From: Methanobacteriota archaeon
GTDB lineage: Archaea > Halobacteriota > Bog-38 > Methanoflorentales > Methanoflorentaceae
Assembly: GCA_963719035.1 (NCBI GenBank)
Contig: CAVRAO010000012.1
Location: 128,001-192,000, forward strand
Direction of reading: 5' to 3'
Length of the DNA: 64,000 bases
Shown: positions 39,754 through 49,428 of the stretch, in pieces
Numbering within the stretch: the stretch's first letter is position 1
Layout of the letters: each line of letters begins with the position of its first letter
Program-made: the position numbers and the translations under genes
The notes under the pieces: model-generated
What the model was told of the DNA's origin: nothing
What the model saw: the letters and a program-made list of their open reading frames with translations, nothing else
Database searches by the model: none

Positions 39754-40173
39754 ATGAACGCGAAGAAAAAGATCTTGTTCCTTTGCACGCACAACGCAGC
39801 GCGGTCGCAGATGGCCGAAGGGTTCGTCAACGCCTTGTACGGTAATCGATATGAGGCGTACAGTGCCGGCAATGAACCGACTCAGGTGCACCGGTGTGCC
39901 ATCGAACTGATGGCAGAGGAAGGCATCGACATCGCATCACAGTGCGCAAAATCACTCAACGAGTTTGACGACATGTACTTTGACTACGTCGTGACCTTAT
40001 GCGCTGATAACCAAGAGAATTGCCCGATCTTTCCCGGTGGCGGGACATACCTCCAGCGTGCCTTCCCCGATCCTGTCCCCGCTCGCGCGGAAGAACAGAT
40101 CTGTGGACGTTTTCGGCGCGTGCGTGACCAGATCAAGATGTGGCTCAAAGAGACGTTCAGCGAAGGCGAGTAG
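39754..40173 (+). CDS. arsC: Arsenate reductase, LMW-PTP type
   Basis: CTHNAARSQMAE, SAG, VTLC......CP.FP, DP. Confidence 0.9.
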   Translation: MNAKKKILFLCTHNAARSQMAEGFVNALYGNRYEAYSAGNEPTQVHRCAIELMAEEGIDIASQCAKSLNEFDDMYFDYVVTLCADNQENCPIFPGGGTYLQRAFPDPVPARAEEQICGRFRRVRDQIKMWLKETFSEGE

Positions 40174-40623
40174 GGTAATCGCACTAAGAGCGAGTTACAG
40201 AACGTCGGCACCAGCGCTGGGCATCATGGCACTTAAACGTGGTATCACGAATTGGGTTATCTGTGAGCTTGCTAACAGTCTGATCTTCGCCTGATACAGG
40301 CGAAGTAAGAATTTGATTAAAGAGTGTCCGACCTCTTAAAATTGAGAGTCGTATTTCTCTGCCATAAACTCAACGGAGAGTTATCAGCTATGAGAGAGAG
40401 GCGTGCAGCTACTGCCTCAGCATGGCTGAACGGCTTGGCGGGTCTTACCTGCGAACTTTAGTAGTCGATTTGAAGAACAGCTTGCCCAGCACCTCGCTGC
40501 GTTTGTCTCATCGATTCAGACTCAGCCGCTTAGGAGCCATAGTATGCTTCAAGGGACGACAAAATGCGCAGCAATCGGGATCATCGCTGGTCTCACGCCG
40601 GGGCACTTGCAGGAGGGGGAAAG

Positions 40624-40773
40624 ATGGGCATGATCTTGAGCGCCATCGGCTCCGCGGTGGGTACGGCGATATTCGGCACGTACTTCTTCACCTACCTCAC
40701 CTCATCGACCAGCGTCGCCGTCGGTCTCGTGGTGGGCCTGCTGATGGGACACTATCAGGTTAAAACACCGTAG
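40624..40773 (+). CDS. Small hydrophobic protein or membrane-protein fragment
   Basis: GGAGG SD; two short hydrophobic segments. Confidence 0.35.
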   Translation: MGMILSAIGSAVGTAIFGTYFFTYLTSSTSVAVGLVVGLLMGHYQVKTP

Positions 40774-40949
40774 CGCGTGGAAGATGGTGGGGCTAGGCAA
40801 GGCTGATCAACTGCAAGACAGCATTTTGTTGCTTCTTTGTCTTTATTGCACAGAAGCACACGGATGCGTGTAATTGCCCACCCCACTCGTGCTTAAATAA
40901 GCTGTTTTTTCGCTGGTGATCTGGTGGTACTTAAATTCCGAAGGCAGGA

Positions 40950-41051
40950 TCAGCATCTCTTATTTTTCTTATGGTGCTGTCGTATACGGCGCCGAAATCC
41001 AATGAGTCCGGTGATAATGAGGGCAAATGCTAAAACGACTAGCCCGATCAA
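40950..41051 (-). CDS. Candidate 33-aa single-TM micropeptide
   Basis: GGAGG 7 nt before TTG; MIGLVVLAFALIITGLIGF-RRRIRQHHKKNKRC. Confidence 0.45.
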   Translation of the reverse strand: MIGLVVLAFALIITGLIGFRRRIRQHHKKNKRC

Positions 41052-41123
41052 GTCCCATCCTCCATGTTTCTTAGAACAGTAAATATATATGCTAGGTTGT
41101 TTTTATATAATTCCTAGATTTTT

Positions 41124-42128
41124 ATGGAGATTCGAAAGGTTCAACTGACTGGCAAATCGAGTTATACAGTCTCATTGCCAAAGACTTGGGCCACACAAGT
41201 CGGTTTGAGGGAGCAATCACAAGTTGGTATATCAACGCTGCCTGACGGTTCGTTGCGCGTAACTCCAAGCGACAGTGTAAAGCCGCAAGGGCGCGGGATT
41301 TTTAACATAGAAGGCCTTTTTGACGACGCTCTTGCGCGGCAGATGATAGCCATCTACATCGCAGGTTATGATACTTTTGAGTTGCGTGCGCCTCAGATCC
41401 GATCAGAACAGCGAACGACGATACGTGACATGTCGTACCGTCTGATAGGTATGGAAATCGTTGAAGAGACTGCAAAATCGGTCGTGATACAGGATTTTAT
41501 CAGCCCTAACGAGCTTAAAATTAAGAAATCTATTCGACGAATGCACCTCATTATCGAATCGATGCTTGCTGATGCCGTTAAATCTCTCCTTAAAAACGAC
41601 AGTGACCTAGCCAATGACGTTATTTTAAGAGATCGTGATGTCGACCGACACTACTTGCTCGTGGTTAAACGTTTGCAAGCAATGGTGAAGACCCCGTTTG
41701 CGGAAGCTTCAGATATACACGCTAACCAGAGTCTGGAGTACTATCTAACCGCAGTTTCGCTTGAACGTATCGCGGACCACGCATCCAGGATAGCGCATTG
41801 TGTGCTAACACTTGCAGGAGGATCCGTGCCAACTGAAACCCTCAACTACATCAGCGAGGCAAGCAAGCTCTCTAGCGACATTATGCAGCTTGCAATGGAT
41901 GCCTTGTCTAAGTTTGATCCAAAGCTTGCTGAAAAAGCTATCGCAACAAAAAGCAGCCAAATCACTATACTTAAGAGAGCTGAGGCGATGACGTTTGACC
42001 TCAACGCGCATATAGCGCTGCCGCTTAACTGTATCGCGAATAGTATCGACCGCGTTGCAGACTATGGAATGAATATAGCTGAAGTAGCCATAAATCTCTC
42101 GGTCGCGCAATCTCAGAATCAAATGTAA
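41124..42128 (+). CDS. Archaeal phosphate-uptake regulator (AbrB-like N-terminus plus PhoU domains)
   Basis: MEIRKVQLTG.SSY.VSLPK.W; ERIADH and DRVADY PhoU repeats. Confidence 0.92.
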   Translation: MEIRKVQLTGKSSYTVSLPKTWATQVGLREQSQVGISTLPDGSLRVTPSDSVKPQGRGIFNIEGLFDDALARQMIAIYIAGYDTFELRAPQIRSEQRTTIRDMSYRLIGMEIVEETAKSVVIQDFISPNELKIKKSIRRMHLIIESMLADAVKSLLKNDSDLANDVILRDRDVDRHYLLVVKRLQAMVKTPFAEASDIHANQSLEYYLTAVSLERIADHASRIAHCVLTLAGGSVPTETLNYISEASKLSSDIMQLAMDALSKFDPKLAEKAIATKSSQITILKRAEAMTFDLNAHIALPLNCIANSIDRVADYGMNIAEVAINLSVAQSQNQM

Positions 42129-42157
42129 TCTATACGTCGTCTGATGCATAAAGTTAT

Positions 42158-42183
42158 CTATATAGTCTATATAGTTTATATAA
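42158..42183 (+). promoter_or_regulatory. Tandem CTATATAG palindromes plus TATA box upstream of pstS
   Basis: CTATATAG at 42158 and 42167, then TTTATATAA at 42175. Confidence 0.5.
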
Positions 42184-42229
42184 GATATTGATATGATCTA
42201 TATTGGCTCTATGGAGCTGTGGTGACTTA

Positions 42230-43093
42230 ATGAAGAAACTTTTACCAATAGTGTTAGTATCAATGCTCGTCGCAGTTGCGGTTTTTGGAGCAGGATGTAC
42301 ATCTAGCACGAACAACACAGCCAGCGGCGCAAAGCTGCAGCTTGCCGGATCAACGAGCGTTCAGCCTCACGCAGAACTTCTAGCAAAGGCTTTCCAAGCT
42401 AATAACTCGGGCGTACAGGTATTCGTACAAGGCGGCGGATCGTCTGCGGGCGTAACAGCCGTCGGCGAAGGTACTGCTGAGATCGGCATGTCGTCTGCAA
42501 ACTTGTCGACGAGTCAAAAAACCAAGTATCCGGACCTCAAAGCGGTGCCCATTGCCGTTGATGGAATAGCTATTATTGTCAGCCCACAAAACGGCGTCAA
42601 CAATCTGACGATGAATCAGACTCGTGACATCTTCACCGGCAACATAACCAACTGGAACCAGGTCGGCGGATCTGATGCGAAGATAAACGTCGTTAACCGT
42701 GAAGAGGGATCCGGGACCCGTGATGGGATACAAAAGATCGTGTTGAAAGGTGGCAATTTTAGCACCGGAGGAATCACGCAATCTTCAACCGGCGCCGTGA
42801 GATCGTACGTTGCTGGGGATCCAAACGCAATCGGTTATATATCGTACGCTGAGGTAGACAACTCTGTTAAAGCACTCAATATTAACGGCGTTCCTCCGAC
42901 GTATGATACCATAGCCAATGGGACTTACTCGATTCAGCGCAACTTCCTCTTTGTCACGAAGGGAGATCCGACGGGAAATGCAAAGGCCTTTATAGACTAC
43001 ACTCAAAGTCTTGGAGGGCAAGCGATATTGAAGGCGGATAAGCTAATTTCAATCAGCGACGTTTCCGTGACGACGACGACATCAGCAAAGTAA
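42230..43093 (+). CDS. pstS: Phosphate ABC transporter substrate-binding lipoprotein
   Basis: Lipobox AGC; GSTSV, GGGSSAG, REEGSGTR. Confidence 0.95.
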   Translation: MKKLLPIVLVSMLVAVAVFGAGCTSSTNNTASGAKLQLAGSTSVQPHAELLAKAFQANNSGVQVFVQGGGSSAGVTAVGEGTAEIGMSSANLSTSQKTKYPDLKAVPIAVDGIAIIVSPQNGVNNLTMNQTRDIFTGNITNWNQVGGSDAKINVVNREEGSGTRDGIQKIVLKGGNFSTGGITQSSTGAVRSYVAGDPNAIGYISYAEVDNSVKALNINGVPPTYDTIANGTYSIQRNFLFVTKGDPTGNAKAFIDYTQSLGGQAILKADKLISISDVSVTTTTSAK

Positions 43094-43144
43094 ATAAAGA
43101 CCAACCACCGCCAATCACCTCCCCCCTCCTTTTTTTAAGAGGGA

Positions 43145-44059
43145 GTGATCAGCATCAAGCCGAACATAGCAGCGCGTTCGCTTCGCAGATCTGCAACCCG
43201 TGACATTAGAGAACGCACTATAGCGCTGTTTCTGCTATTGTGTGGAATCTCCTCAGTTTTTGCCATTTTTCTCATAATCGCGTTCGTGTTCGCTGCGGGA
43301 TTGCCATTCCTCGTGCAGGCAGGTCCAAGCTTCGTAATATCGAGCGTTTGGCGTCCGACAGACAGCTTCGCTCAAGGACTATGGGGTATCTTTCCGATCA
43401 TCATCGGATCATTGATTGTCACGTTGGGTGCCGTTGCGATTGGCACGCCGCTTGGCGTTGCTTGCGCTATTTTTTTGGCTGAAATCGCTCCTGCTCCAGT
43501 CCGACGCGTGCTCGTGCCCTCAGTAAATGCGTTGGCAGCTGTCCCTTCGGTCGTTTACGGGTTCTTCGGCCTATTAGTGCTCGTGCCCTGGATACGTGAG
43601 CAGTTTGGCGGATTTGGAACTAGTGTCTTCGCTGCGTGGATCATACTCTTTATTATGATCTTGCCGACGATTATCAGTATTTCAACAGATTCTATCCGAG
43701 CGGTGCCTCGGGAGTATAAAGAGGGCAGCCTAGCCATGGGCGCGACGCACTGGCAGACTATAAGGGGTGTCTTGGTTCCCGCAGCGGGTTCAGGAATAAT
43801 AGCGAGTGTCATTCTCGGCATGGGACGAGCCATCGGTGAGACGATGGCAGTGCTTATGGTGGCGGGTAATTCTATAAGCATCCCAACCTCAATATTCGCT
43901 CCAACGAGCACGCTCACTGCACAGATTGCCCTTGAGATGGGATACGCCACCGGCGCGCATCGCGAGGCGCTCTTTGCGATGGGCATCGTGCTTTTTGCGT
44001 TTATTATGCTCCTCACGGGGCTCGCAAACCTAGCAAGCAGGAGGCGCATCAACTACTGA
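43145..44059 (+). CDS. pstC: Phosphate ABC transporter permease PstC
   Basis: PSVVYGFFG, GRAIGETMAV. Confidence 0.95.
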   Translation: MISIKPNIAARSLRRSATRDIRERTIALFLLLCGISSVFAIFLIIAFVFAAGLPFLVQAGPSFVISSVWRPTDSFAQGLWGIFPIIIGSLIVTLGAVAIGTPLGVACAIFLAEIAPAPVRRVLVPSVNALAAVPSVVYGFFGLLVLVPWIREQFGGFGTSVFAAWIILFIMILPTIISISTDSIRAVPREYKEGSLAMGATHWQTIRGVLVPAAGSGIIASVILGMGRAIGETMAVLMVAGNSISIPTSIFAPTSTLTAQIALEMGYATGAHREALFAMGIVLFAFIMLLTGLANLASRRRINY

Positions 44060-44907
44060 TGGAGACGAAACGGAGTGAGCTGGTGCCCATGGCTTTGCTG
44101 TGGGGGGCTGGAATTACAACGCTTGTCATACTTATTATTATATTGGCCTATATACTAGCAAACGGCTTGCCCGTCCTTAGCTGGCACTTCTTGACGGGCG
44201 AGCCTGCGCTTTGGGGGCAAACCGGTGGGGGTATCTATTCCACAATCGTTGCGACGTTAGCGGTCACCGGAGTAAGCCTGCTCGTAGCTGCGCCGCTCAG
44301 CGTTGGAGGGGCCATATATCTTAACGAATATACCAAAGAGACCCCCTTGCGAAAGATAATCCGCCAGGCCGCAGAGATTCTGGCAGGTATACCGTCCATC
44401 ATTGTCGGCCTCTTTGGGTTCCTTTTCTTTGTTATCTACCTGGCGCCGGTTACGGGGGGCTGGTCGATGATCTCGGGTGGACTAACCTTGGCTTTCATGG
44501 TGCTGCCGATATCGCTAAGAACTTCGGAAGAGGCACTCAAAACTGTCCCTGCAGAGCTCCGCGAAGGGAGTCTCGGTCTTGGCGCGACGAAATGGCAGTC
44601 AATAACTACTGTTGTTCTGCCCATCGCGCTGCCAGGAATCGTCACAGGGCTTATCCTCGGAGCCGGACGTGCGGTCGGCGAAACCGCTGCCATTCTCCTT
44701 ACGGCGGGTGGCTCCTTGAACTTGATCCAGAGCCTCCGCGATCCTGGCCGCCCTATGACGCTTAACATCTACAACGTCCTGACTGAGTATCGCGACACTA
44801 CCACTGCCTACGGAACAGCCGCCGTACTGATTATTGCCATCCTTGCCATCACACTTATTACTGACTTTCTAATGAACAACTATACTAAGAAGCTCAAGGG
44901 GCAGTAG
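44059..44907 (+). CDS. pstA: Phosphate ABC transporter permease PstA
   Basis: [24 protein letters not shown]. Confidence 0.95.
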   Translation: METKRSELVPMALLWGAGITTLVILIIILAYILANGLPVLSWHFLTGEPALWGQTGGGIYSTIVATLAVTGVSLLVAAPLSVGGAIYLNEYTKETPLRKIIRQAAEILAGIPSIIVGLFGFLFFVIYLAPVTGGWSMISGGLTLAFMVLPISLRTSEEALKTVPAELREGSLGLGATKWQSITTVVLPIALPGIVTGLILGAGRAVGETAAILLTAGGSLNLIQSLRDPGRPMTLNIYNVLTEYRDTTTAYGTAAVLIIAILAITLITDFLMNNYTKKLKGQ

Positions 44908-44912
44908 AGGAG

Positions 44913-45674
44913 ATGAATAACGCCATAGAAATCAGCGTTAAGAACCTAAACCTCTGGTTCGGCAAGTTCCAAGCGCTAAAGAACGTTAGCATCGACATCC
45001 CAAAGAATCAGGTGACAGCTCTCATTGGCCCCTCTGGGTGTGGAAAGTCGACCTTTATCAAAACGCTTGATAGAATGAACGATCTAGTAGACAATGTCAA
45101 AATTACAGGCGAGGTGCTTTACCAAGGCGCGAACATCCTCAATTCAGATACAGATGTTGTTGAGCTGCGCAAGCAGATCGGAATGGTGTTTCAGAAGCCC
45201 AATCCGTTTCCGAAGTCTGTCTTCGATAACGTCGCTTACGGCCCTAAGGTGCACGGGGTTCGAAAAAAGCATAATCTGAACGAAGTTGTGGAACGCAGTC
45301 TAAAAGCAGCTGCACTCTGGGACGAAGTAAAAGATCGATTGAGCGAATCCGCGCTGAGGCTATCAGGCGGTCAGCAGCAGCGGCTCTGTATCGCACGACT
45401 ACTCGCTGTCGAACCTGAAGTCCTCCTCATGGATGAGCCCGCTTCCGCGCTCGATCCGATTGCCACGGCGAAGATCGAGGATCTGATATATGACCTCAAA
45501 AAGGATTATACAATTATTATTGTCACTCACAACATGCAGCAAGCAGCGCGCGTCGCTTCAAATACTGCTTTTTTTTACCTAGGCGAGCTCATAGAATATG
45601 CCTCTACGATAGATTTATTTGAACGGCCTCAAGATAAGAGAACAGAGGACTACGTAACCGGAAAGTTTGGATAA
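44913..45674 (+). CDS. pstB: Phosphate ABC transporter ATPase
   Basis: [35 protein letters not shown]. Confidence 0.97.
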   Translation: MNNAIEISVKNLNLWFGKFQALKNVSIDIPKNQVTALIGPSGCGKSTFIKTLDRMNDLVDNVKITGEVLYQGANILNSDTDVVELRKQIGMVFQKPNPFPKSVFDNVAYGPKVHGVRKKHNLNEVVERSLKAAALWDEVKDRLSESALRLSGGQQQRLCIARLLAVEPEVLLMDEPASALDPIATAKIEDLIYDLKKDYTIIIVTHNMQQAARVASNTAFFYLGELIEYASTIDLFERPQDKRTEDYVTGKFG

Positions 45675-45686
45675 GATACGATAGAT

Positions 45687-46352
45687 ATGGCTAGGAAGCG
45701 TTACGTTAGAAAGTTGAAAGAGTTGCGGCAAAACGTCATAGATATGGGTGCCGTGACGGTGCAATCAGTTGAGAATGTGGTTGCTGCACTTGAGACGAGT
45801 GATACAGCGCTTGCTGAGCGTGTAATAGCGGACGACGACGACATAGACAATTACGACAGAAAGATTGAGTCGCAGAGCATGACACTTCTCGCATTAGAAC
45901 AGCCGATGGCAAAAGACCTCAGAATAATTGCCACCTCGTTAAAGATGATCACTGATTTAGAGCGCATCGGTGATTTCGTCGTCGATATAGCCGAAGAGGT
46001 CGTCGCTATGGCAAAACCCATTCATATACCCGTTTCCGCAACGAAATTCAACGAGCTCGTCGCTGAAGTCAAGTCGATGGTCGCTGATAGCATCGAAACG
46101 TATGCGGAAGGCAACGTTCAAAGGGCACGCAGCTTTGAGGGGCGCGACGACAGAATTGACTTTCTGTACAAACACATCGTTGAAAACATGGTTAAAGCGC
46201 TGGCACAAGGCCAATGTTCGACGGAAACCGTTGCTGACGTGGCAAGCCTGTTATACATTATTCGATACCTTGAGCGCATCGCAGATCATGCGGTCAACAT
46301 TGGCAATCGTGTCTGTTACATGGAAGAAGGCGACCGACGCTACTTGAAATAG
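45687..46352 (+). CDS. phoU: Phosphate signalling protein PhoU
   Basis: QP.A.DLR, DLERIGD, LERIADHAVNI. Confidence 0.95.
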   Translation: MARKRYVRKLKELRQNVIDMGAVTVQSVENVVAALETSDTALAERVIADDDDIDNYDRKIESQSMTLLALEQPMAKDLRIIATSLKMITDLERIGDFVVDIAEEVVAMAKPIHIPVSATKFNELVAEVKSMVADSIETYAEGNVQRARSFEGRDDRIDFLYKHIVENMVKALAQGQCSTETVADVASLLYIIRYLERIADHAVNIGNRVCYMEEGDRRYLK

Positions 46353-46633
46353 TAAACTTCTTGCATAACGCTAACCTCAAGGCGTTGTTTGGTCACGGGC
46401 GCGATCATACCGCTCTCGCGACCACCTCGTCTGTCCTCACGCCGACATTGTAGGACATTTTTTCAAAAATACCTCGATCGGAGTTTGATGGTGTTACTTA
46501 CAGTTGCGTCGGCGTGGAGCGCACGAATCATCACTTTAGAAGGGGCAAGATCCACGCTAAGATGGCGACAACGCAATATGTTAAGGCGTCTAGTTAGTAG
46601 AAAAGGAAGAAATTCGCAGAAAGGAGGTATCAC

Positions 46634-47587
46634 ATGGGTTTTTCATCGACCACAATAAGAGCTCCGTTAGACGTTCCCCAAGAGATGCGGACTGAATATG
46701 TAAAAAATTTGTTTAGTATTACCCGGGGAAGCGGCCGTCTGATGTTGTTTGCGGGAGATCAGAAGATAGAACACTTAAATGATGATTTCTATGGCCCTGG
46801 AATCTCGCCTGAGGACAACGATCCTGAACACCTATTTCGCATCGCGAGCAGCGCTGAAATCGGGTGTTTTGCGACCCAACTGGGCTTGCTTGCTCGCTAT
46901 GGTGAGGATTATCCGCACGTTAACTACCTCGTCAAACTTAATTCCAAGACGAATGTTATAAAGACGGAACAGGCAGAGCCTTTGAGTGGCGCGTTTTATT
47001 CATTGGCCCAAGTCGATGAGTTTCGGCAGCATTCGTCCTTAAGCATTCCTGCCGTCGGATATACGATTTACGCGGGAAGTGAACACGAAGCGCAGATGTT
47101 GCGAGAGGCGGCCCAGGTTATCTACGGGGCCCACAAACGTGGGATGATCGTGGTTGTTTGGATCTATCCCCGTGGCGCGGCCGTAAACGATGAGCACGAC
47201 CCACATCTCATTGCCGGAGCAGCTGGATTGGGCTGCACCCTCGGCGCTGATTTTGTGAAAGTAAACTATCCAAAGAAAGACGGCGTTGATTCCAAAGAGG
47301 CCCTCAAGGAGGCCGTACAGGCCGCAGGAAGGTGTAAAGTACTGTGCGCCGGGGGCTCAAGCGTTGACGTTAAGCTCTTTCTCGAGCGTCTTTGGGAGCA
47401 GATATTCGTAAGCGGCGCCGGCGGCAATGCGACAGGTAGGAACATCCACCAGAAGCGGCTTAAAGAAGCCATTCAAATGTGCAATGCAATCTCAGCCATC
47501 GTCGTAAACGGGGCAGGCGCAGAAGAAGCACTGGACATCTATACGGGAAGAAAAGAGTTTAAAGTGAAAGACTATACCATGCCGTGA
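46634..47587 (+). CDS. Class I fructose-bisphosphate aldolase (DhnA/FbaB-type)
   Basis: FAGDQKIEH, W.YPRG, LGADFVK (Schiff-base lysine), AGG, GRN. Confidence 0.85.
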   Translation: MGFSSTTIRAPLDVPQEMRTEYVKNLFSITRGSGRLMLFAGDQKIEHLNDDFYGPGISPEDNDPEHLFRIASSAEIGCFATQLGLLARYGEDYPHVNYLVKLNSKTNVIKTEQAEPLSGAFYSLAQVDEFRQHSSLSIPAVGYTIYAGSEHEAQMLREAAQVIYGAHKRGMIVVVWIYPRGAAVNDEHDPHLIAGAAGLGCTLGADFVKVNYPKKDGVDSKEALKEAVQAAGRCKVLCAGGSSVDVKLFLERLWEQIFVSGAGGNATGRNIHQKRLKEAIQMCNAISAIVVNGAGAEEALDIYTGRKEFKVKDYTMP

Positions 47588-47647
47588 ATCGATGTTGCGT
47601 CTTGGATGACGCCGCATGCGTTATCTTTCCACGAATAGAAGGGAGCC

Positions 47648-48574
47648 ATGATATACACGATCACGCTGAATCCTGCGCTTGACCGTATCCTCACTGTTGA
47701 GTCTATTGAGTATCATAACCCTAATCGGGTGGACGGCGATGAGCGATATGCAGGCGGCAAAGGCATCGACGTTTCCAAAGCGCTCACCCGGCTTGGCGTG
47801 GACAATAAAGCAATAGGCTTTTCTGGTGGGTTCACTGGGCAGGAGCTCGAAGGATCCCTTTTCAATCTCGGAGTAAACTGCGAGTTTGTCAGAATCTCTG
47901 CCGAAACCCGCACCAACGTGTATATTCACGAGAAAGCACGAAACCGGCAGATCTCGTTCAACCTGCGCGGGCCTTTGATCCAGTCCTTCGAGCTTATGGA
48001 ATTGATCGACGTCATCAAAGGTTTCAAGGATGCTAATTACATTATCCTCAGCGGCAGTATTCCCCCTGGGGTCAATCCGATCATTTATGAAAAAATCGTA
48101 GAGATCGCAAAGGCCAAAGGGGCGAAGGTCGTTCTCGATTCTGACGATGAGCCTTTCAAGGCAGGTTTGAGGGCGAAACCCCATATTATCAAGCCGAATG
48201 TTCGCGAGCTTGAACGACTGATGGCTAGGCAGCTCAAAGACATCGGTGCGGTCGTCGACGCCGCCGTGGAGGTGCACGAACGAGGCATCGATGTTGTCCT
48301 CGTTTCAATGGGTGCGAAAGGCGTGCTGCTCGTGACTAAAGATGAACGCTGGATGGCGCGCCCGCCACGAGTAACTGTTGTGAATACCATCGGCGCCGGA
48401 GATTCGGCCGTTGCCGGGTTTGTTCACAGCTTGGTCTTGGGCGAGAGCTGCAAGGAGGCAGTAAAGCGGGCGGCAGCGACCGGAACAGCGGCAACTCTTA
48501 TCAATGACGTTTCAATAACCCAAGAAAGCGTAGACGCGATTCTTGCGCAAGTAAAGGTCCGCCGGGCCACTTAG
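47648..48574 (+). CDS. 1-phosphofructokinase family hexose kinase (PfkB)
   Basis: TLNPALD, GGKG, SGS.P.G, KPN..E, GAGDS. Confidence 0.92.
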   Translation: MIYTITLNPALDRILTVESIEYHNPNRVDGDERYAGGKGIDVSKALTRLGVDNKAIGFSGGFTGQELEGSLFNLGVNCEFVRISAETRTNVYIHEKARNRQISFNLRGPLIQSFELMELIDVIKGFKDANYIILSGSIPPGVNPIIYEKIVEIAKAKGAKVVLDSDDEPFKAGLRAKPHIIKPNVRELERLMARQLKDIGAVVDAAVEVHERGIDVVLVSMGAKGVLLVTKDERWMARPPRVTVVNTIGAGDSAVAGFVHSLVLGESCKEAVKRAAATGTAATLINDVSITQESVDAILAQVKVRRAT

Positions 48575-48592
48575 AGGGTGTGCGCTCCGCCA

Positions 48593-49366
48593 CTATCGAT
48601 TTCGATAGGCGTTGATTTCATTTCGGAAATGTGCCGCCACCTTATGAGGTGATTGCGCGAAAATTATGTCCCTCGAAATGGCGATGATGCCCATACGCCC
48701 GTCAGCGTTAGTTCCGCTTGTAACTGCAGTCTGGAGGTCACCGCCTTGTGATCCAACGCCCGGGATGAGGAGTGGGGTACCCTCACCTACAAGACCGCGT
48801 ATTGTTTTTAGCTCGCTTCCTTGGGTGGCTCCTACGACGAAGCCGAGATTGCCGTATATGTTCCATCCCAGAGCTTTCTTAGCTACGACCTGATAGAGCG
48901 GCTCTGAACATGTCAGGTCCTGTATTTCCGTCGCGCCGACGTTAGATGTCTTGCAAAGAACAAAGACGCCCTTGTTGCGCCGCTCGAGGAAGGGTTCTAT
49001 TGCGTCGAGTCCCATGTAGGGGCTGACAGTGACGGCGTCACCGCCTATGATCTCGTAGATGTATTTGGCGTAAGCCTTTGATGAGTGTGCCACGTCAGCC
49101 CGTTTTGCATCGACTATGACCGGCACTCGCACGAACTCTTTAATGTACTGCACCGTTTTAATCAGGGCTTCTATGCCGGAGGGTCCGCGTGCTTCGTAGA
49201 ACGCCGTATTCACCTTATAACAGCACACTAAATCGAGCGTGGCGCTTATGATACGTTGATTAAAATCAAACGTATCACTTACCGTGCCGTCAGGGTCTAG
49301 GCCTACGCATAGCCAGCTGTTGTTCTGACGTGCCGTTTTTTCTAAGTCTCGTAAAAAAGCCACCAT
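48593..49366 (-). CDS. pyrF: Orotidine-5'-phosphate decarboxylase
   Basis: LCVGLDP, DAKRAD, PG.G.QGG, SR.I. Confidence 0.95.
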   Translation of the reverse strand: MVAFLRDLEKTARQNNSWLCVGLDPDGTVSDTFDFNQRIISATLDLVCCYKVNTAFYEARGPSGIEALIKTVQYIKEFVRVPVIVDAKRADVAHSSKAYAKYIYEIIGGDAVTVSPYMGLDAIEPFLERRNKGVFVLCKTSNVGATEIQDLTCSEPLYQVVAKKALGWNIYGNLGFVVGATQGSELKTIRGLVGEGTPLLIPGVGSQGGDLQTAVTSGTNADGRMGIIAISRDIIFAQSPHKVAAHFRNEINAYRNR

Positions 49367-49428
49367 TATTGTTCTATCCTGAGCTTAGTGAATATACACA
49401 TCCCTCTGTTTACTGCTTATGTTGCCTT

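Noticed and set aside
40390-40512. Multi-hairpin fold between arsC and the small ORF at 40624
   Set aside because: Single copy with no promoter or covariation evidence; may be decayed coding sequence.
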